This document shows positions 1 to 9,805 of a DNA stretch of 64,000 bases, in pieces. This DNA is from a plasmid: sequence record NZ_CP023526.1, one strand, 5' to 3'. Position 1 is the stretch's first letter. The number at the start of each line of letters is the position of its first letter. The notes below the pieces were generated by a model. That model was not told the origin of the DNA and did no database searches. It was given only the letters and a program-made list of their open reading frames with translations. The position numbers and the translations under genes were made by a program.

Positions 1-143
1 TTCATGAACATATTCAAAGGTCGGCATTTTCAGCGTGAAATAATCCTGTGGGGGCGAGATGTATCTGGTAAACCGAGTTTTTGAAATGTAAAGCCTTTCA
101 ATAAGAAAAAGGCTACCTTATCGCTAACTTTGCAACAGTACCT
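1..143 (+). mobile_element. IS6-family (IS26-like) remnant. The first ~17 transposase codons are fused to the last ~85 bp of the element, which ends in the terminal inverted repeat at 120-143. It is internally deleted and the left end lies outside the window.
   Basis: The ATG at 4 gives MNIFKGRHFQREIILWGRDVSGKPSF*, matching the conserved N-terminus of IS26-type transposases (MNPFKGRHFQRDIILW, recalled from memory). The segment GATGTATCTGGTAAACCGAGTTTTTGAAATGTAAAGCC...ATCGCTAACTTTGCAACAGTACC resembles the IS26 right end and terminal IR. Confidence 0.55.
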
Positions 144-556
144 GATCGGGTACAGCAAGGGGGATATTCATCAGTCTGGATGGAGAGGCCAGAGTAGCGT
201 GCCTGGCCATCGGGCGTGACGAGAGTGCAATAACCCCGGGTGTTATCCAGAGAGTCAGGCTGCCGCGTTACTTCAGGCCGGCTTCGTATCGTGTCAGTTG
301 GTAACCCTTTCTGGCGTTGTGTTTATGCGACATCCTTAACATATCTCAGAATGGGCAAGTGTTGATTCGACCCATTTAGCCATCTATGCACCAACGCCCA
401 CTGATGCCGTTCAAGTTGGAGGCGTCCATTTCATAAGAGCCGCATTAACAGTAAGCGTCGTTGGAACTACAGCCAGACTGGCCAGAGCAACGAATATATC
501 AGCATTCAGCATCAGCGCCTCATACACGCTGATGCTATGTGCTTTCAGGGCTGGAA

Positions 557-1150
557 CTATCGGACAATATTTGTATCAATAGCTTGATAGAAAGCATTGC
601 CAGTATCGGCAATATCCCACACAGCCAGAATTACGTGGTAACCGGTATGTCCTGCCGGAACAACGCATGAATGGCTCACTGATGAGCCGGGGAGATTTTC
701 GTTTCCATCAATTTGACAAAAAGGAGTCAGTTCGAAGGCACCACGACTTAAAGGTTTGGATGAATCCCACCCTTGTTTGGTGATGAAATATCTCCAACTA
801 GTGGTTTTGTGGCGCGCAGTCAGCGTCCAGACGAAGGTATTACTTCCCGGATGTAATGTGACTTTTGACCATCGGGTAGCGGACTGTTGGTTGAGTTCCG
901 GGAAGCGTGAATTACCGCCGCTGGCCAAAACCCCATCAACCGGGCCTGCAGTGGGAAATCCTTTCACCCCCTCCACGCTTTGAGGTTCGTACTGAACAGC
1001 ACCGCAACCCGTATTAATGCCTTTGTTACATAACAAAGAGCGGCTTTCTGGCATGGAAACATAGCCATGGGCCAGAGCCTGCTGTGTTACACCGGTACAG
1101 AGAGACAATGTTATCGCCACACCAAATAATTTACGTGTAATAGTATTCAT
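557..1150 (-). CDS. AA10 lytic polysaccharide monooxygenase / chitin-binding protein (CBP21/GbpA N-domain-like, single domain, 197 aa)
   Basis: A signal peptide ends ...ALA|HGYVS, placing His1 at the mature N-terminus. Strong motif-level similarity to the GbpA/CBP21 LPMO domain (QYEPQSVEG..GFP, RWSKV, YFITKQGWDSSKPLSR, GYHVILAVWDIADTGNAFYQAID). An AT-rich upstream region follows. Confidence 0.85.
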   Translation of the reverse strand: MNTITRKLFGVAITLSLCTGVTQQALAHGYVSMPESRSLLCNKGINTGCGAVQYEPQSVEGVKGFPTAGPVDGVLASGGNSRFPELNQQSATRWSKVTLHPGSNTFVWTLTARHKTTSWRYFITKQGWDSSKPLSRGAFELTPFCQIDGNENLPGSSVSHSCVVPAGHTGYHVILAVWDIADTGNAFYQAIDTNIVR

Positions 1151-1639
1151 TTAAAAATCCTTATCTAAAAATGTATTCTGAGTGTTAATGTCAACGTCAG
1201 GCATCTATCATAAACGTGCGGAGCTTATTGCCACACAACACGGTGAAAAGTATATTTATTCCAACCTCTCATGATGCATGACATGTTTTTAATATATCAA
1301 TACTTTATGTCTGGATGTGTTTTTTAATTTGGAAACTCCTTGTGACTTAATGACTTGATTTATTTTCAGTGTCATTCCCATAGTAATATATAAAAAACCC
1401 TCTTCTCTCCACATGAGAAGAACCCCATTTGTTGCAAGTACTAGCTGCATCCTCCGCATCTTATTTCCTGTAGCGTTAAAATAATTCGATATATCGCACT
1501 CCATCATGTATGACGTGGGGATATAAACATTTCGAATGACTTTATGGTTTAGAGTGTAGAGGGCGAAATTGTACTCTGGCTAATTAATTAAATATCCTGG
1601 ATGTTATTTTTTTGATTATAAAAATTAAATCTGGACGTG

Positions 1640-2192
1640 AAATTATTATTTATAATACTACTGGTGACTGGAGGGCTCCTTCTCTGGTAAAGGCCATATT
1701 CAGCGACTCTTTTTCGGTCCAACCCCCGTTCTCCTACGCGAAGTCGGATATCCCTCCGGCAGCCCAGACGTCGTCCTTCCGCACCCCCGAGGCACAGGTC
1801 AGCCAGCAGGTGAGGAACAGATTCTCAGCACGGGGTGTACCGACGGTGCCACCCTGCCGGACCAGTGAGAAAACAACGGAGGTGCAGAACGTCAGATAAG
1901 AGAGTGCTGCGACGGTGTTCCAGGCTAATTCTGCGTCCATGTATTCTGACAAGGGCTGTCCTGGCGAAGAATTAATGGCAGATTTGCGCGAGGTCGTCGC
2001 CATCAGGCCGGTCATTTTTATCTCCATGCTGCTGTCAATACCGTTTTGCAGCATGGTACGGGCAATTTTCAGCATCGCTTCCCGTTCGCCCTTTTCTATA
2101 CCGCATTGTTCACCAAACTGAATACCTTCTATACGACCCGGCTCAATGTCCTTCTGTTCGGGCTGTTGTGTGACGGTCATCTTCAACATCAC
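1640..2192 (-). pseudogene. Decayed copy of the Rpn-module: the C-terminal ~50 codons of an Rpn-family nuclease gene fused to a frameshifted, internally deleted copy of the Rpn-adjacent gene seen intact at 29024-29650
   Basis: The ORF contains IEGIQFGEQCGIEKGEREAMLKIARTMLQNGIDSSMEIKMTGL (Rpn C-terminal motif). It then runs in frame into AELAWNTVAALSYLTF...GTPRAENLFLTCWL, homologous to the N-terminus of the 29024-29650 protein. After a frameshift near 1734 the homology continues (NGGWTEKESLNMAFTREGALQSP vs KNGFWVEKETLNTAFTGDGTLLSP). Confidence 0.55.
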
Positions 2193-2504
2193 TGCAAACG
2201 CGGATCACGGTCATTTTAGACACGCCTGACAGGTAGGCAGTTTTGCACAGGGATTTTCCGTGGCCCAGCCGGAGGGGGCGTATTAATTTGTGTTTCTACG
2301 CATCGGCCACCCTGCCCAGATATTTTCCTTCGATCTTTGTCTTTCTTAATCCCTCCGCCTGTCGGTGGTGGTACAGAAAACCAACAGCGAAAAAAGCTTA
2401 GCGAGCATTGAACGGCGGCGATATGATCGATGCGATGAAGATATTGCAGTCAAGTTCTGCAGGCGTAATGTCCTGATTCATTCATGGCTGACCATATCCG
2501 GCTA

Positions 2505-3150
2505 AAGAGGGTTGTTACTTGACCAAGGGATCCCCACTGGCATTGCTGTCTTCATAGCTCGCCGGGTTATTCCCTTTATCCTTGAAGATGCAGGAAACGG
2601 TCTACGTCCCCTATGCGCAGAATAATTGCGGGACTCGATGATCTCTTTAACGATCTCGGGCGCCGAATCCATTTTTTGATAAGGAAATTGAAACCGTATT
2701 CATGTAATCAGAAACCTGTCAGCGTATCGCCAAAGTTAAAGGCATTGGTCCTAAAACAGGCACGCCCGTTGTTGTTCTTGGCACAGAAACTGAATTTAAG
2801 CATGGCCGTCACATTGCTGCATGGCCTGGTCTGGTTCCACGCCAGCACCCGAGTGATAGCAGGCAGGTACTGATGAATATGACGAAAAAAGCGACAAGCA
2901 TCTGCGGACACGTCTTATTCATGGTGCCCGCGCTGACGTCAGGGTGCCACGAATAACAATAATGGATATATGAGTCAGTGGGTTAAACAGGGAAAGGAAC
3001 GGCGCAAATTTAATAAATGGACCGGGCGGCCGCTAACAAAAACGTGAGAATAATCTGATTGATGCTGGGAAATGAGACCGGGTATCAGGCTGCAGGAAGT
3101 TAACATCCTGCCAGCAGAAGTTACAACGTACTCAGGGGATGGCTTACACA
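2505..3150 (+). pseudogene. 3' fragment of an IS110-family transposase gene, paralogous to 16540-17200 and degraded
   Basis: Nucleotide-level similarity to the intact IS110-family copy (ACTTGACC..GGGATCCCCA..TGGCA; CTTTAACGATCTCG; GCCAAAGTTAA; the GTTCCACGCCAGCAC region). The frame is broken by stops and the 5' half of the gene is absent. Confidence 0.65.
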
Positions 3151-3389
3151 GTACGGTCTGCCTCAGGGCAAAGACAATCTGCTCTTCGTTGAATTGTGAT
3201 TTTTTCAACGGCACCACCTCCGCACAGGGAGTGTAGATCATGCCGTAATTCGGTTTCAGGATTGTGCAGGATTCAGAGACTGGGTTAACAGGAACCCGCT
3301 TATTTTAAGCGGGTTCCTGAGTAACCACCGTCGTTTTAATGCTGACTGACGATAGGAGATAAGTGTTTATGCAATTTTGTAGTCATTCA

Positions 3390-6098
3390 TTAAAATGAGT
3401 ACTTAATGCCCACCATGGTCGCCGTGTTGCTGTAGCCTTTGTCTCCCAGTTGCTGCCCCACGTTACCCCACAGCGCTGTCTGACGGCTCAACTGCCCTTC
3501 CACACCGAGTTTTACTTCCCCGACATTGACAGCCCCGGCCTGCTCCAGCGATACGCCATTCATCACCACGCCATTACGCTTCGTGTTATGCAGCCAGTTG
3601 ACTTCCACGAACGGCTGGAAATTTCGGTCTTTTCCGCTATCCATCTGATTATGCCCCCGCAGGAAAGCCCTGGCACCCAGGCGGGTCTGGACGTTGTTCT
3701 CGCCCTCAGCGCTTACCCTCGTGCCGTTCGCCTCGGTCACATCACCGGACTTCACCCCCATCCAGGTCACCTGAGCCTGGGGCTCAATAAAGTACGCTGT
3801 ACGGTTAGCCTGTGGCCCGGACTCCCCCAGCGCGAAGGTGTAGCCGGTCTCCACGGACGCCGTCAGCCCTTTTGATTTGTAGCTCTCCTCGCTGATGCCC
3901 TCGCCGTTGACGTGATTGTTAAACCAGCTGTACATCAGTTGGCCATCCACCCAGGCGCCGGTGTCAGCCTGGTCATTCTGATACCAGGTGCCGTACATGC
4001 CCACACTGTAACCGTCCACTGAGCCCTTTGAACCATGGCCGGATACCGTGGAATGGGTGTTGTTGTGGTTATTACCATAGCCCGCCATTACGCCAAGATG
4101 AAAGCGGTCCCGGTCATTGCTGCTCCACTGGGTCAGATCCCCCCCCAGTTGGGCGACGTATGTATTGCCTGTGGTACGCAACTGGCCGGAGCCGTCGTGG
4201 AACTGATTGTGCACCCCCACCTGACGCAGCCAGAGACTGGATACGCTGCCGTCAGTGTTGAGGGTATTCATATAACGGTTTTCACCGGCACGGTCGTGCA
4301 GGGTGGTCAGGAACATGGAAGAGGCCGCCTGGTTGGCGATGTAAGAGCCCGCTTCAGGCCGGACAACGTGAATAACCGGTTTGGGGGGAACAGGTGGCAC
4401 TGGCCCCGGTGAAAGCCGGCTGTCCAGATACCAGCTGTTGCCGTGTGCGTTCAGGGTGTAATCGTAGGCCCCGGCGACGATACGCCCCTGCTGTTTAAAT
4501 GCGCCCGCAGCAGATGTCCCGTCCACCTCGATGAGTTTAATCCCGTCAAGGGTCTGTGCCCCGGTGCCCCCGGCGTTGGTGACAGAGACATTCGTCGTCC
4601 CGGCGGCATTGCCTTTCACCACCAGCTTGTCGGTGAGCGAACTGTCCCCGGCCAGCGCGCTGTTGAACAGCAGTGCACCGCCGTTGCCGGTATAGTTGCC
4701 ATTGACCGTCAGCGTATTCCCGACGCCGCCGTTGTTAAGGGCGATGGTCCCACTGTTCGACACATTTCCCGTGATACTGGAATTGCCCGTGAGCGTGGCC
4801 TGACCGCCGGCCTGCGTCGTCAGCGACGTCAGTCCGGTAAAGGTCCCGGTCCAGCTCCCGGCATTGCCCAGTGTCAGGCTGGTGTTACCGCCGGTATTGA
4901 CCAGATCACCGGCAATATCAGCGTTATTCACGGTGACTGCGGTGGTGCTCCCCGCGTCGGTCTGCAGCGCGCTCTGCCCTGCACCGGCCAGCAGTCTGGT
5001 GGCTTTGCCCGACAGGTTAATCACCGCCCGAGTGTTCTGTTGTACCCAGATGGCAGCCTTTGTATCGGACTGGATGGTGGAATTGTTCACATTCAGGGTG
5101 CTGGTTCCCGTTCCCGGACTGGTGCCCGTCGGATCCGCATCGAATACGGCCCCGTAACCATCCGCATGAACGCTGGAGTTATTAACGTTCATCACCGGGT
5201 GGCTGGCATTGCTGGCGACAAGACCCAGCCCTGTATTTTTCAGTCCCGCCTTTACCTGGAGTGTGGTATCAGACAGGGTCAGGGTTGGCGCTTCACCCGA
5301 CACCTTATCCCCGCCGTAGATAATGGCGCCAAAGGCATCAAAATCCTGCAGGGCTCCGACACCCGTCCCCGCCGCCCGGGTATTAGTGACGGTGATGGAA
5401 CTGCCGGATACGGTCAGTTGTGCGTTGCCGACCGCCGTCACGCCGCCTCCGGCAGCCACAATACTTCCTCCGGTTAGCGTAGCTCTCGAGTTGTCCTGTA
5501 TGGCAATCCCTTCCATCCCCGACGTAATGGTTGACCCGTTCAGGTCCGCGGACGAATTGTCGAACAGCCATACCGCAGTCTGCTCACTGTTGCCGGCTAT
5601 CACCGTCCGGCTGGTAGCGCTCACGTGGCTCTGGTCATGCAGGATGAGGACCCCGGTGGAGTCGGGAGGGGTGAACACAGGGTGGCCGCTGCCTACCGTC
5701 ACATTATCGAGCGCAATGGAAGCCTGACCCGACGCAAGTAAATCAGTGAATGCGGCCGGCCCCCCCCCGGTTGTGCCAATATTTGCGGCGGAGGTCCCAC
5801 GGATGAGAAGCTGTCCTGCCATACTGGCCCCACCTTCCATCATCAGGCTACCGCCGGACATAGAAATCGACGGGGGAGAAATACCGTCACCGCCCAGGTG
5901 CAGGCTCTGCTTCAGGAGAAGATTGCCTCCCGTCATTTCGACGGTATCCCCTGAATGGTCCACGGTGCCATCCAGTTGGGTTGTATCGCCCGGTGATACA
6001 CTGATGGTTGCACCTGACGCTTCAGGGAATATAAGCGTGCTGGCAAGACCCATTGTAATAATGGCCAATGCCGTTGGTTTAAATGGAATGAGCACCAT
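3390..6098 (-). CDS. Autotransporter (type Va) adhesin-like protein of AIDA-I/Ag43 type, with a beta-helical passenger, a proline-rich linker and a C-terminal beta-barrel
   Basis: The N-terminal signal peptide is MVLIPFKPTALAIITMGLASTLIFPEA. The passenger is Gly/Thr/Asn-rich and repetitive. A PVPPVPPKP linker is present. The C-terminal ~300 aa has alternating hydrophobic beta-strands and ends GIKYSF (aromatic terminal residue typical of OM barrels). The ORF-track start at 6134 is a GTG; the ATG at 6098 has GGAG upstream. Confidence 0.88.
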   Translation of the reverse strand: MVLIPFKPTALAIITMGLASTLIFPEASGATISVSPGDTTQLDGTVDHSGDTVEMTGGNLLLKQSLHLGGDGISPPSISMSGGSLMMEGGASMAGQLLIRGTSAANIGTTGGGPAAFTDLLASGQASIALDNVTVGSGHPVFTPPDSTGVLILHDQSHVSATSRTVIAGNSEQTAVWLFDNSSADLNGSTITSGMEGIAIQDNSRATLTGGSIVAAGGGVTAVGNAQLTVSGSSITVTNTRAAGTGVGALQDFDAFGAIIYGGDKVSGEAPTLTLSDTTLQVKAGLKNTGLGLVASNASHPVMNVNNSSVHADGYGAVFDADPTGTSPGTGTSTLNVNNSTIQSDTKAAIWVQQNTRAVINLSGKATRLLAGAGQSALQTDAGSTTAVTVNNADIAGDLVNTGGNTSLTLGNAGSWTGTFTGLTSLTTQAGGQATLTGNSSITGNVSNSGTIALNNGGVGNTLTVNGNYTGNGGALLFNSALAGDSSLTDKLVVKGNAAGTTNVSVTNAGGTGAQTLDGIKLIEVDGTSAAGAFKQQGRIVAGAYDYTLNAHGNSWYLDSRLSPGPVPPVPPKPVIHVVRPEAGSYIANQAASSMFLTTLHDRAGENRYMNTLNTDGSVSSLWLRQVGVHNQFHDGSGQLRTTGNTYVAQLGGDLTQWSSNDRDRFHLGVMAGYGNNHNNTHSTVSGHGSKGSVDGYSVGMYGTWYQNDQADTGAWVDGQLMYSWFNNHVNGEGISEESYKSKGLTASVETGYTFALGESGPQANRTAYFIEPQAQVTWMGVKSGDVTEANGTRVSAEGENNVQTRLGARAFLRGHNQMDSGKDRNFQPFVEVNWLHNTKRNGVVMNGVSLEQAGAVNVGEVKLGVEGQLSRQTALWGNVGQQLGDKGYSNTATMVGIKYSF

Positions 6099-6273
6099 AA
6101 TATTATCTCCGGTAGTAGAGGCGTAGCCATTCACATGTCATAAAGTATCCAGACTGTTTTCTGACTGCAGTTGTGGGCAAGGAAGATAGCGTTAAAAAAA
6201 ATACGCGCTATATTATTTCCAGATTGTAGCTTATTTTTCGGACACTTCTCTCGGGGGCGGAAGCCAGAATGAA

Positions 6274-6299
6274 AAGCGCCCTCCTTTCAGAGGGCGCTT
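6274..6299 (-). terminator. Putative bidirectional intrinsic terminator hairpin (AAGCGCCCTC...GAGGGCGCTT) downstream of the 6318-8501 gene
   Basis: A perfect 10-bp GC-rich inverted repeat with a 6-nt loop. On the minus strand it is followed by TTCATTCT. Confidence 0.4.
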
Positions 6300-6317
6300 G
6301 AGGCGGGATGGTGTGTG

Positions 6318-8501
6318 TTACTCCGCGAAGGTTCTGGTTATCTGGATCGGCAGTGTCTTCGTGAACAGGGTCCAGGGGCCTGTTTTATCACTGAAGGTGT
6401 TGCTAGCCTCAATAATCAGGTTAAATTTCCCTGCAGCAATGCCGGAAATTTTGTTAAATGGAACGATAATTTCGCCGGTAGCACTTGTTTGCAGGATGAT
6501 CCATTTCCCGTTCGGATCTTCGTCCGTGGCTGCGCCTGGACTAAACTTCAGATTTGTTATTCCGTCAGCCATACTCACGTCCAGCGAAACCCTGACATAC
6601 CAGTGCGGGACAGGCACGGGGTGCCCGGTCTGGCCTTTGACTTCTTCCCCCTGCAGCACAAGCCTGGTCGCACTGGCCTGGGTCGCAAAATTACGCACCG
6701 GGTAAGATCCGTTGGGGCCGCCCTGCGCTGCGCCTGGCGTCGGCAATACATGCCAGGTGACGGTGTCTGTCTGGCTTCCCGCGGTGGCAGTAATGGTGAC
6801 CGGTCCGGCCGTTGTCCCTGCGATAATGACGGGTATAGTGTTGTCAGGGACAACATCAGCCTGGGTCGGGTTTCCTTTTTCAAATTTTGCCGGGCTCGCC
6901 CCGGTAACAGGGGATGCTGGACCGCTCAGGGTAACATGAACCGGTGTGCGGCTGGAGGCCGGCACAACTGTAATTGCAGGCATACTCCCGGCCAGGGCAA
7001 ATTCTGTGCCCTGCATGGTGTAGCGTACGTCTGGGGGATCAATCTTGACGCGGGTCACCGCGGCCGCAATGCGCCCGGTAAACGTGCTTTTCGCCCCGCC
7101 ACGGCCCGTCGCCGTCAGGGTCGATGCCTGGCTCTCAGTCCCGATCGCCTTGAGTTGGGTGATAGACAGACCTGTCGCGCCGGTAGGCACCAGCGCTGGT
7201 GAGTCATCTGACAACGTCATAATGTTAGTATCTTGCACCTGAAATGCGACAGGGACCTTGGCCGCTGTGCTGCCACCTTTATTGGTCGCAATGAGCTTAA
7301 AGGCGGCAAAGAAAGCACCTGGCGCGGCTGTCAGGGCTGCCGGATCAAACTTCAGGTCGTACAGTGCCCTGCCATCGGGATCCACGGGGCCGACGTTCTT
7401 CACATCAATGTACACGATTTGGCTATTGCCGTTGGAGTCCGCCACGAGCAACGCATCTTTTGCCGGCTGCCAGACCATCATTGCCGGGGCGATTTCATTC
7501 GCAGCGGCGCCTTTCGGCAGGGGGAGTTCAACGGAGGCACCGCTGATGTTATCCAGGCCATAAATACAGCCTTGCGTGGTCGTGTTAGAGAAGTCCGCTG
7601 CCCAGAGATAACCGGCTTTGTCCACTTCCAGATAATCCAGTTGCGCAGTCACGCCATCATGCTGCGGGACGGTGCTCTGCCAGGTTACCGTGGGTGCCTG
7701 AGTGTTTCCCTTCGCGATATTGAGGCATACCACTTTCCCGTCGGCCTGGCCTAAAAACAGATCATTATAGACAGGGGATGCCTTCAGGGACGCCGTATTC
7801 CCGTTGACCTCTGGCAGGGTAAAGACCTTCGCCCCCCCGGCAGCAGGTAATGCGCCGGCCGGCATTTTCAGCGCGCTCAGCACATAGTGGCCAGGCGCCG
7901 TCGTCTCTTCCAGCAGTGACCACAGGACCTGGGTGGCTGCATGATAGGTAAAATAATAAGCCTTGTAGGTTTTGCCGGTCTCACCCAGAGGGATCGTCGC
8001 CGCTGCGGGAGCCCCCGCGGTTGCGTCATTCTTAAATAACAGGATTTGGGCCGTCGTATCCAGCACGCAAATGTACTCTGCGCCCTTGGTCATGACCGGC
8101 GTCATTGCCCAGAACTGCTGATTTTTCCCATCGTCAGGCCGGGTATAGATAATCTCCGGCTTTGTGCCGGATACGCGATACACCACGCCATGAGCCGAAT
8201 CGCATACCCAAATTTGGCCTGTCTTGTCAACACTCAGGCCCGTAATCAGCGGGGCGGGAACATCGGGTCCGGGGGTGACTCCCGTAGGGTAAGGCAATGC
8301 GATGGCGGCGCCACCCGTCCATTTGTCGGTGGCAAACGTGAAGGAGCACAGGTGAGTGTCCTTGCCTTGTAGGACATTGGTTTCCCCCGCCCACAGTTTG
8401 TCTCCTGCCGCAGACATAACCAGTTTCTCAAACGTGGTCGCGGCAGGCACTCCGACGCCGGGAATAAACGTGGGTGCCGTCGTAATTTTAAGATCCGTCA
8501 T
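6318..8501 (-). CDS. Large hypothetical protein (727 aa) with N-terminal beta-propeller-like repeats and C-terminal tandem Ig-like (Big-type) domains; no N-terminal signal peptide
   Basis: GAGGAG RBS 9 nt before the ATG. Propeller-like blades are visible (GQIWVCDSAHGVVYRV, GYLWAADFSNTTTQGCIYGLD, ALLVADSNGNSQIVYIDV). The C-terminal half is Thr/Ala/Gly/Val-rich and beta-strand repetitive. It is the last gene of the 12526->6318 same-strand trio. Confidence 0.7.
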   Translation of the reverse strand: MTDLKITTAPTFIPGVGVPAATTFEKLVMSAAGDKLWAGETNVLQGKDTHLCSFTFATDKWTGGAAIALPYPTGVTPGPDVPAPLITGLSVDKTGQIWVCDSAHGVVYRVSGTKPEIIYTRPDDGKNQQFWAMTPVMTKGAEYICVLDTTAQILLFKNDATAGAPAAATIPLGETGKTYKAYYFTYHAATQVLWSLLEETTAPGHYVLSALKMPAGALPAAGGAKVFTLPEVNGNTASLKASPVYNDLFLGQADGKVVCLNIAKGNTQAPTVTWQSTVPQHDGVTAQLDYLEVDKAGYLWAADFSNTTTQGCIYGLDNISGASVELPLPKGAAANEIAPAMMVWQPAKDALLVADSNGNSQIVYIDVKNVGPVDPDGRALYDLKFDPAALTAAPGAFFAAFKLIATNKGGSTAAKVPVAFQVQDTNIMTLSDDSPALVPTGATGLSITQLKAIGTESQASTLTATGRGGAKSTFTGRIAAAVTRVKIDPPDVRYTMQGTEFALAGSMPAITVVPASSRTPVHVTLSGPASPVTGASPAKFEKGNPTQADVVPDNTIPVIIAGTTAGPVTITATAGSQTDTVTWHVLPTPGAAQGGPNGSYPVRNFATQASATRLVLQGEEVKGQTGHPVPVPHWYVRVSLDVSMADGITNLKFSPGAATDEDPNGKWIILQTSATGEIIVPFNKISGIAAGKFNLIIEASNTFSDKTGPWTLFTKTLPIQITRTFAE

Positions 8502-8661
8502 TGATTATACTCCTCAGTATAAATAGCATCTTCATTCAGTGAATGGATTTGGGTTGTATTCAGGTGGGCACTGTGCCCTTTATTTCTTTTTAAATGTGTC
8601 GCAGGATAAATATCTGTGGCGCTCAGTTCTTCAGTTGCCGTGTCCTGCGGGTCGTACAAGT

Positions 8662-9774
8662 TTATGCATCGGTTATCCTGACAGTAATGTCCTTATGTAC
8701 CGGCCTCAGAGGCCGGATAAAAATGTCAAAACCTACCGAGGCGTTGCCTCTCTTCTTCGGCGCGATCTCCAGCGCCCCATTTCCCGTCACAGGACTGAGA
8801 AGCCCCGTCGCATCAGAAATCAGTTCAACGCTGGCGCTTTCACCCCCGCCTGCTGTCTGACGCAGCATAATTACCTCCGGGGCAGACACTGCCGCATGAC
8901 CATGGATATAGGGCCATCCGATGGCGGTTCCCCGAGTGTGCACGTAAGCACGGCAGACACCGCTATTATCATTCCGCAGATGAATGGCGATATCGTCCCG
9001 CTCGAATGTGACCTCCAGCTGCGAACTCTGTGGACCCAGCGCCAGGTTGAAGACCACCGGACTTGCGGTTCCGCAGCGGGCCGTGACGGTAAACACGCCG
9101 GGTTGCGTGTGTTTTGCGAGTAGCACGCGTGTGACACCGTCAGCGTCGGTGGGGGCTGGCGTGCCCACGACGGACGCGCTGGCAGGTGAGGCACTGGTGA
9201 ACGTCACGGTCGCATTCTGGACCGGGGTTGTACCGTGAAACGCCCGGACAACCAGCGGGGAAAAGTCATCCCCGTCCAGCGCGGTAAATTGTTTATCGCC
9301 GCTGACAATGACCAGTTTGTCCACTTCAGCTGTGTGGTCATTCACCGTCTCCTTCAGGCTGAATGTCAGCGTGTTTTTCCCGTCCTGGTATGCCGGCTCA
9401 TCCTGCAGCATGGCCCGAAGCTTGAGATTCTCCGGGAGAGGAACGGGTACCTTTAATGAAAACTGAGCTTGCCCCGAGGCATCAGCAGGTAAAACTGCGC
9501 TCCCCCCCCAGTGGCTTTTATCATCCTGAACTAACGGCAGATCGACGACGTTGTGGGTAATCGTGTTAATAAATGCCAGTTCCACTTTTTTATTTACAAC
9601 GGGAGTACCGTCGTTAATATGCACAGAAAAGCTCAGCGTACATTCCCCGGAAGGCAGCGTTAATCGGGAATTGTCAATGGAAATGCCCTGTACTGGATCG
9701 TTGTCTATCGAAAGTGCATTCATAGGTGGCTCAAAATAGCAGTTAAACATCACGCTCTCTTTCCGGCGACTCAT
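8662..9774 (-). CDS. Hypothetical Ig-like (Big_1/invasin-type) domain protein (370 aa), middle gene of the trio
   Basis: An invasin/intimin-like Big-domain signature is present (LVIVSGDKQFTALDGDDFSPLVVRAFHGTTPVQNATVTFTSASPASASVVGTPAPTDADGVTRVLLAKHTQPGVFTVTARCG). There is no signal peptide and only a weak RBS. The start is 31 bp after the stop of the upstream gene. Confidence 0.6.
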   Translation of the reverse strand: MSRRKESVMFNCYFEPPMNALSIDNDPVQGISIDNSRLTLPSGECTLSFSVHINDGTPVVNKKVELAFINTITHNVVDLPLVQDDKSHWGGSAVLPADASGQAQFSLKVPVPLPENLKLRAMLQDEPAYQDGKNTLTFSLKETVNDHTAEVDKLVIVSGDKQFTALDGDDFSPLVVRAFHGTTPVQNATVTFTSASPASASVVGTPAPTDADGVTRVLLAKHTQPGVFTVTARCGTASPVVFNLALGPQSSQLEVTFERDDIAIHLRNDNSGVCRAYVHTRGTAIGWPYIHGHAAVSAPEVIMLRQTAGGGESASVELISDATGLLSPVTGNGALEIAPKKRGNASVGFDIFIRPLRPVHKDITVRITDA

Positions 9775-9805
9775 CGCCGCCGGTTTTGTGTGTGTGAACG
9801 TATCG

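Noticed and set aside
144-556. ~400 bp between the IS26-like end and the LPMO gene containing only short ORFs
   Set aside because: No coherent reading frame. Possibly a gene remnant truncated by the IS, but unsupported.
4443-5477. 344-aa plus-strand ORF (and others at 3450-3875, 4035-4412, 5323-6126) inside the autotransporter gene
   Set aside because: They are antisense to a well-supported autotransporter CDS and have repetitive Gly/Arg-rich composition, so they are treated as artefacts.
6315-7202. 295-aa plus-strand ORF and the 102-aa minus-strand ORF 6575-6883 overlapping the 727-aa gene
   Set aside because: Alternative frames of a high-GC coding region. Cys/Arg-rich nonsense composition.
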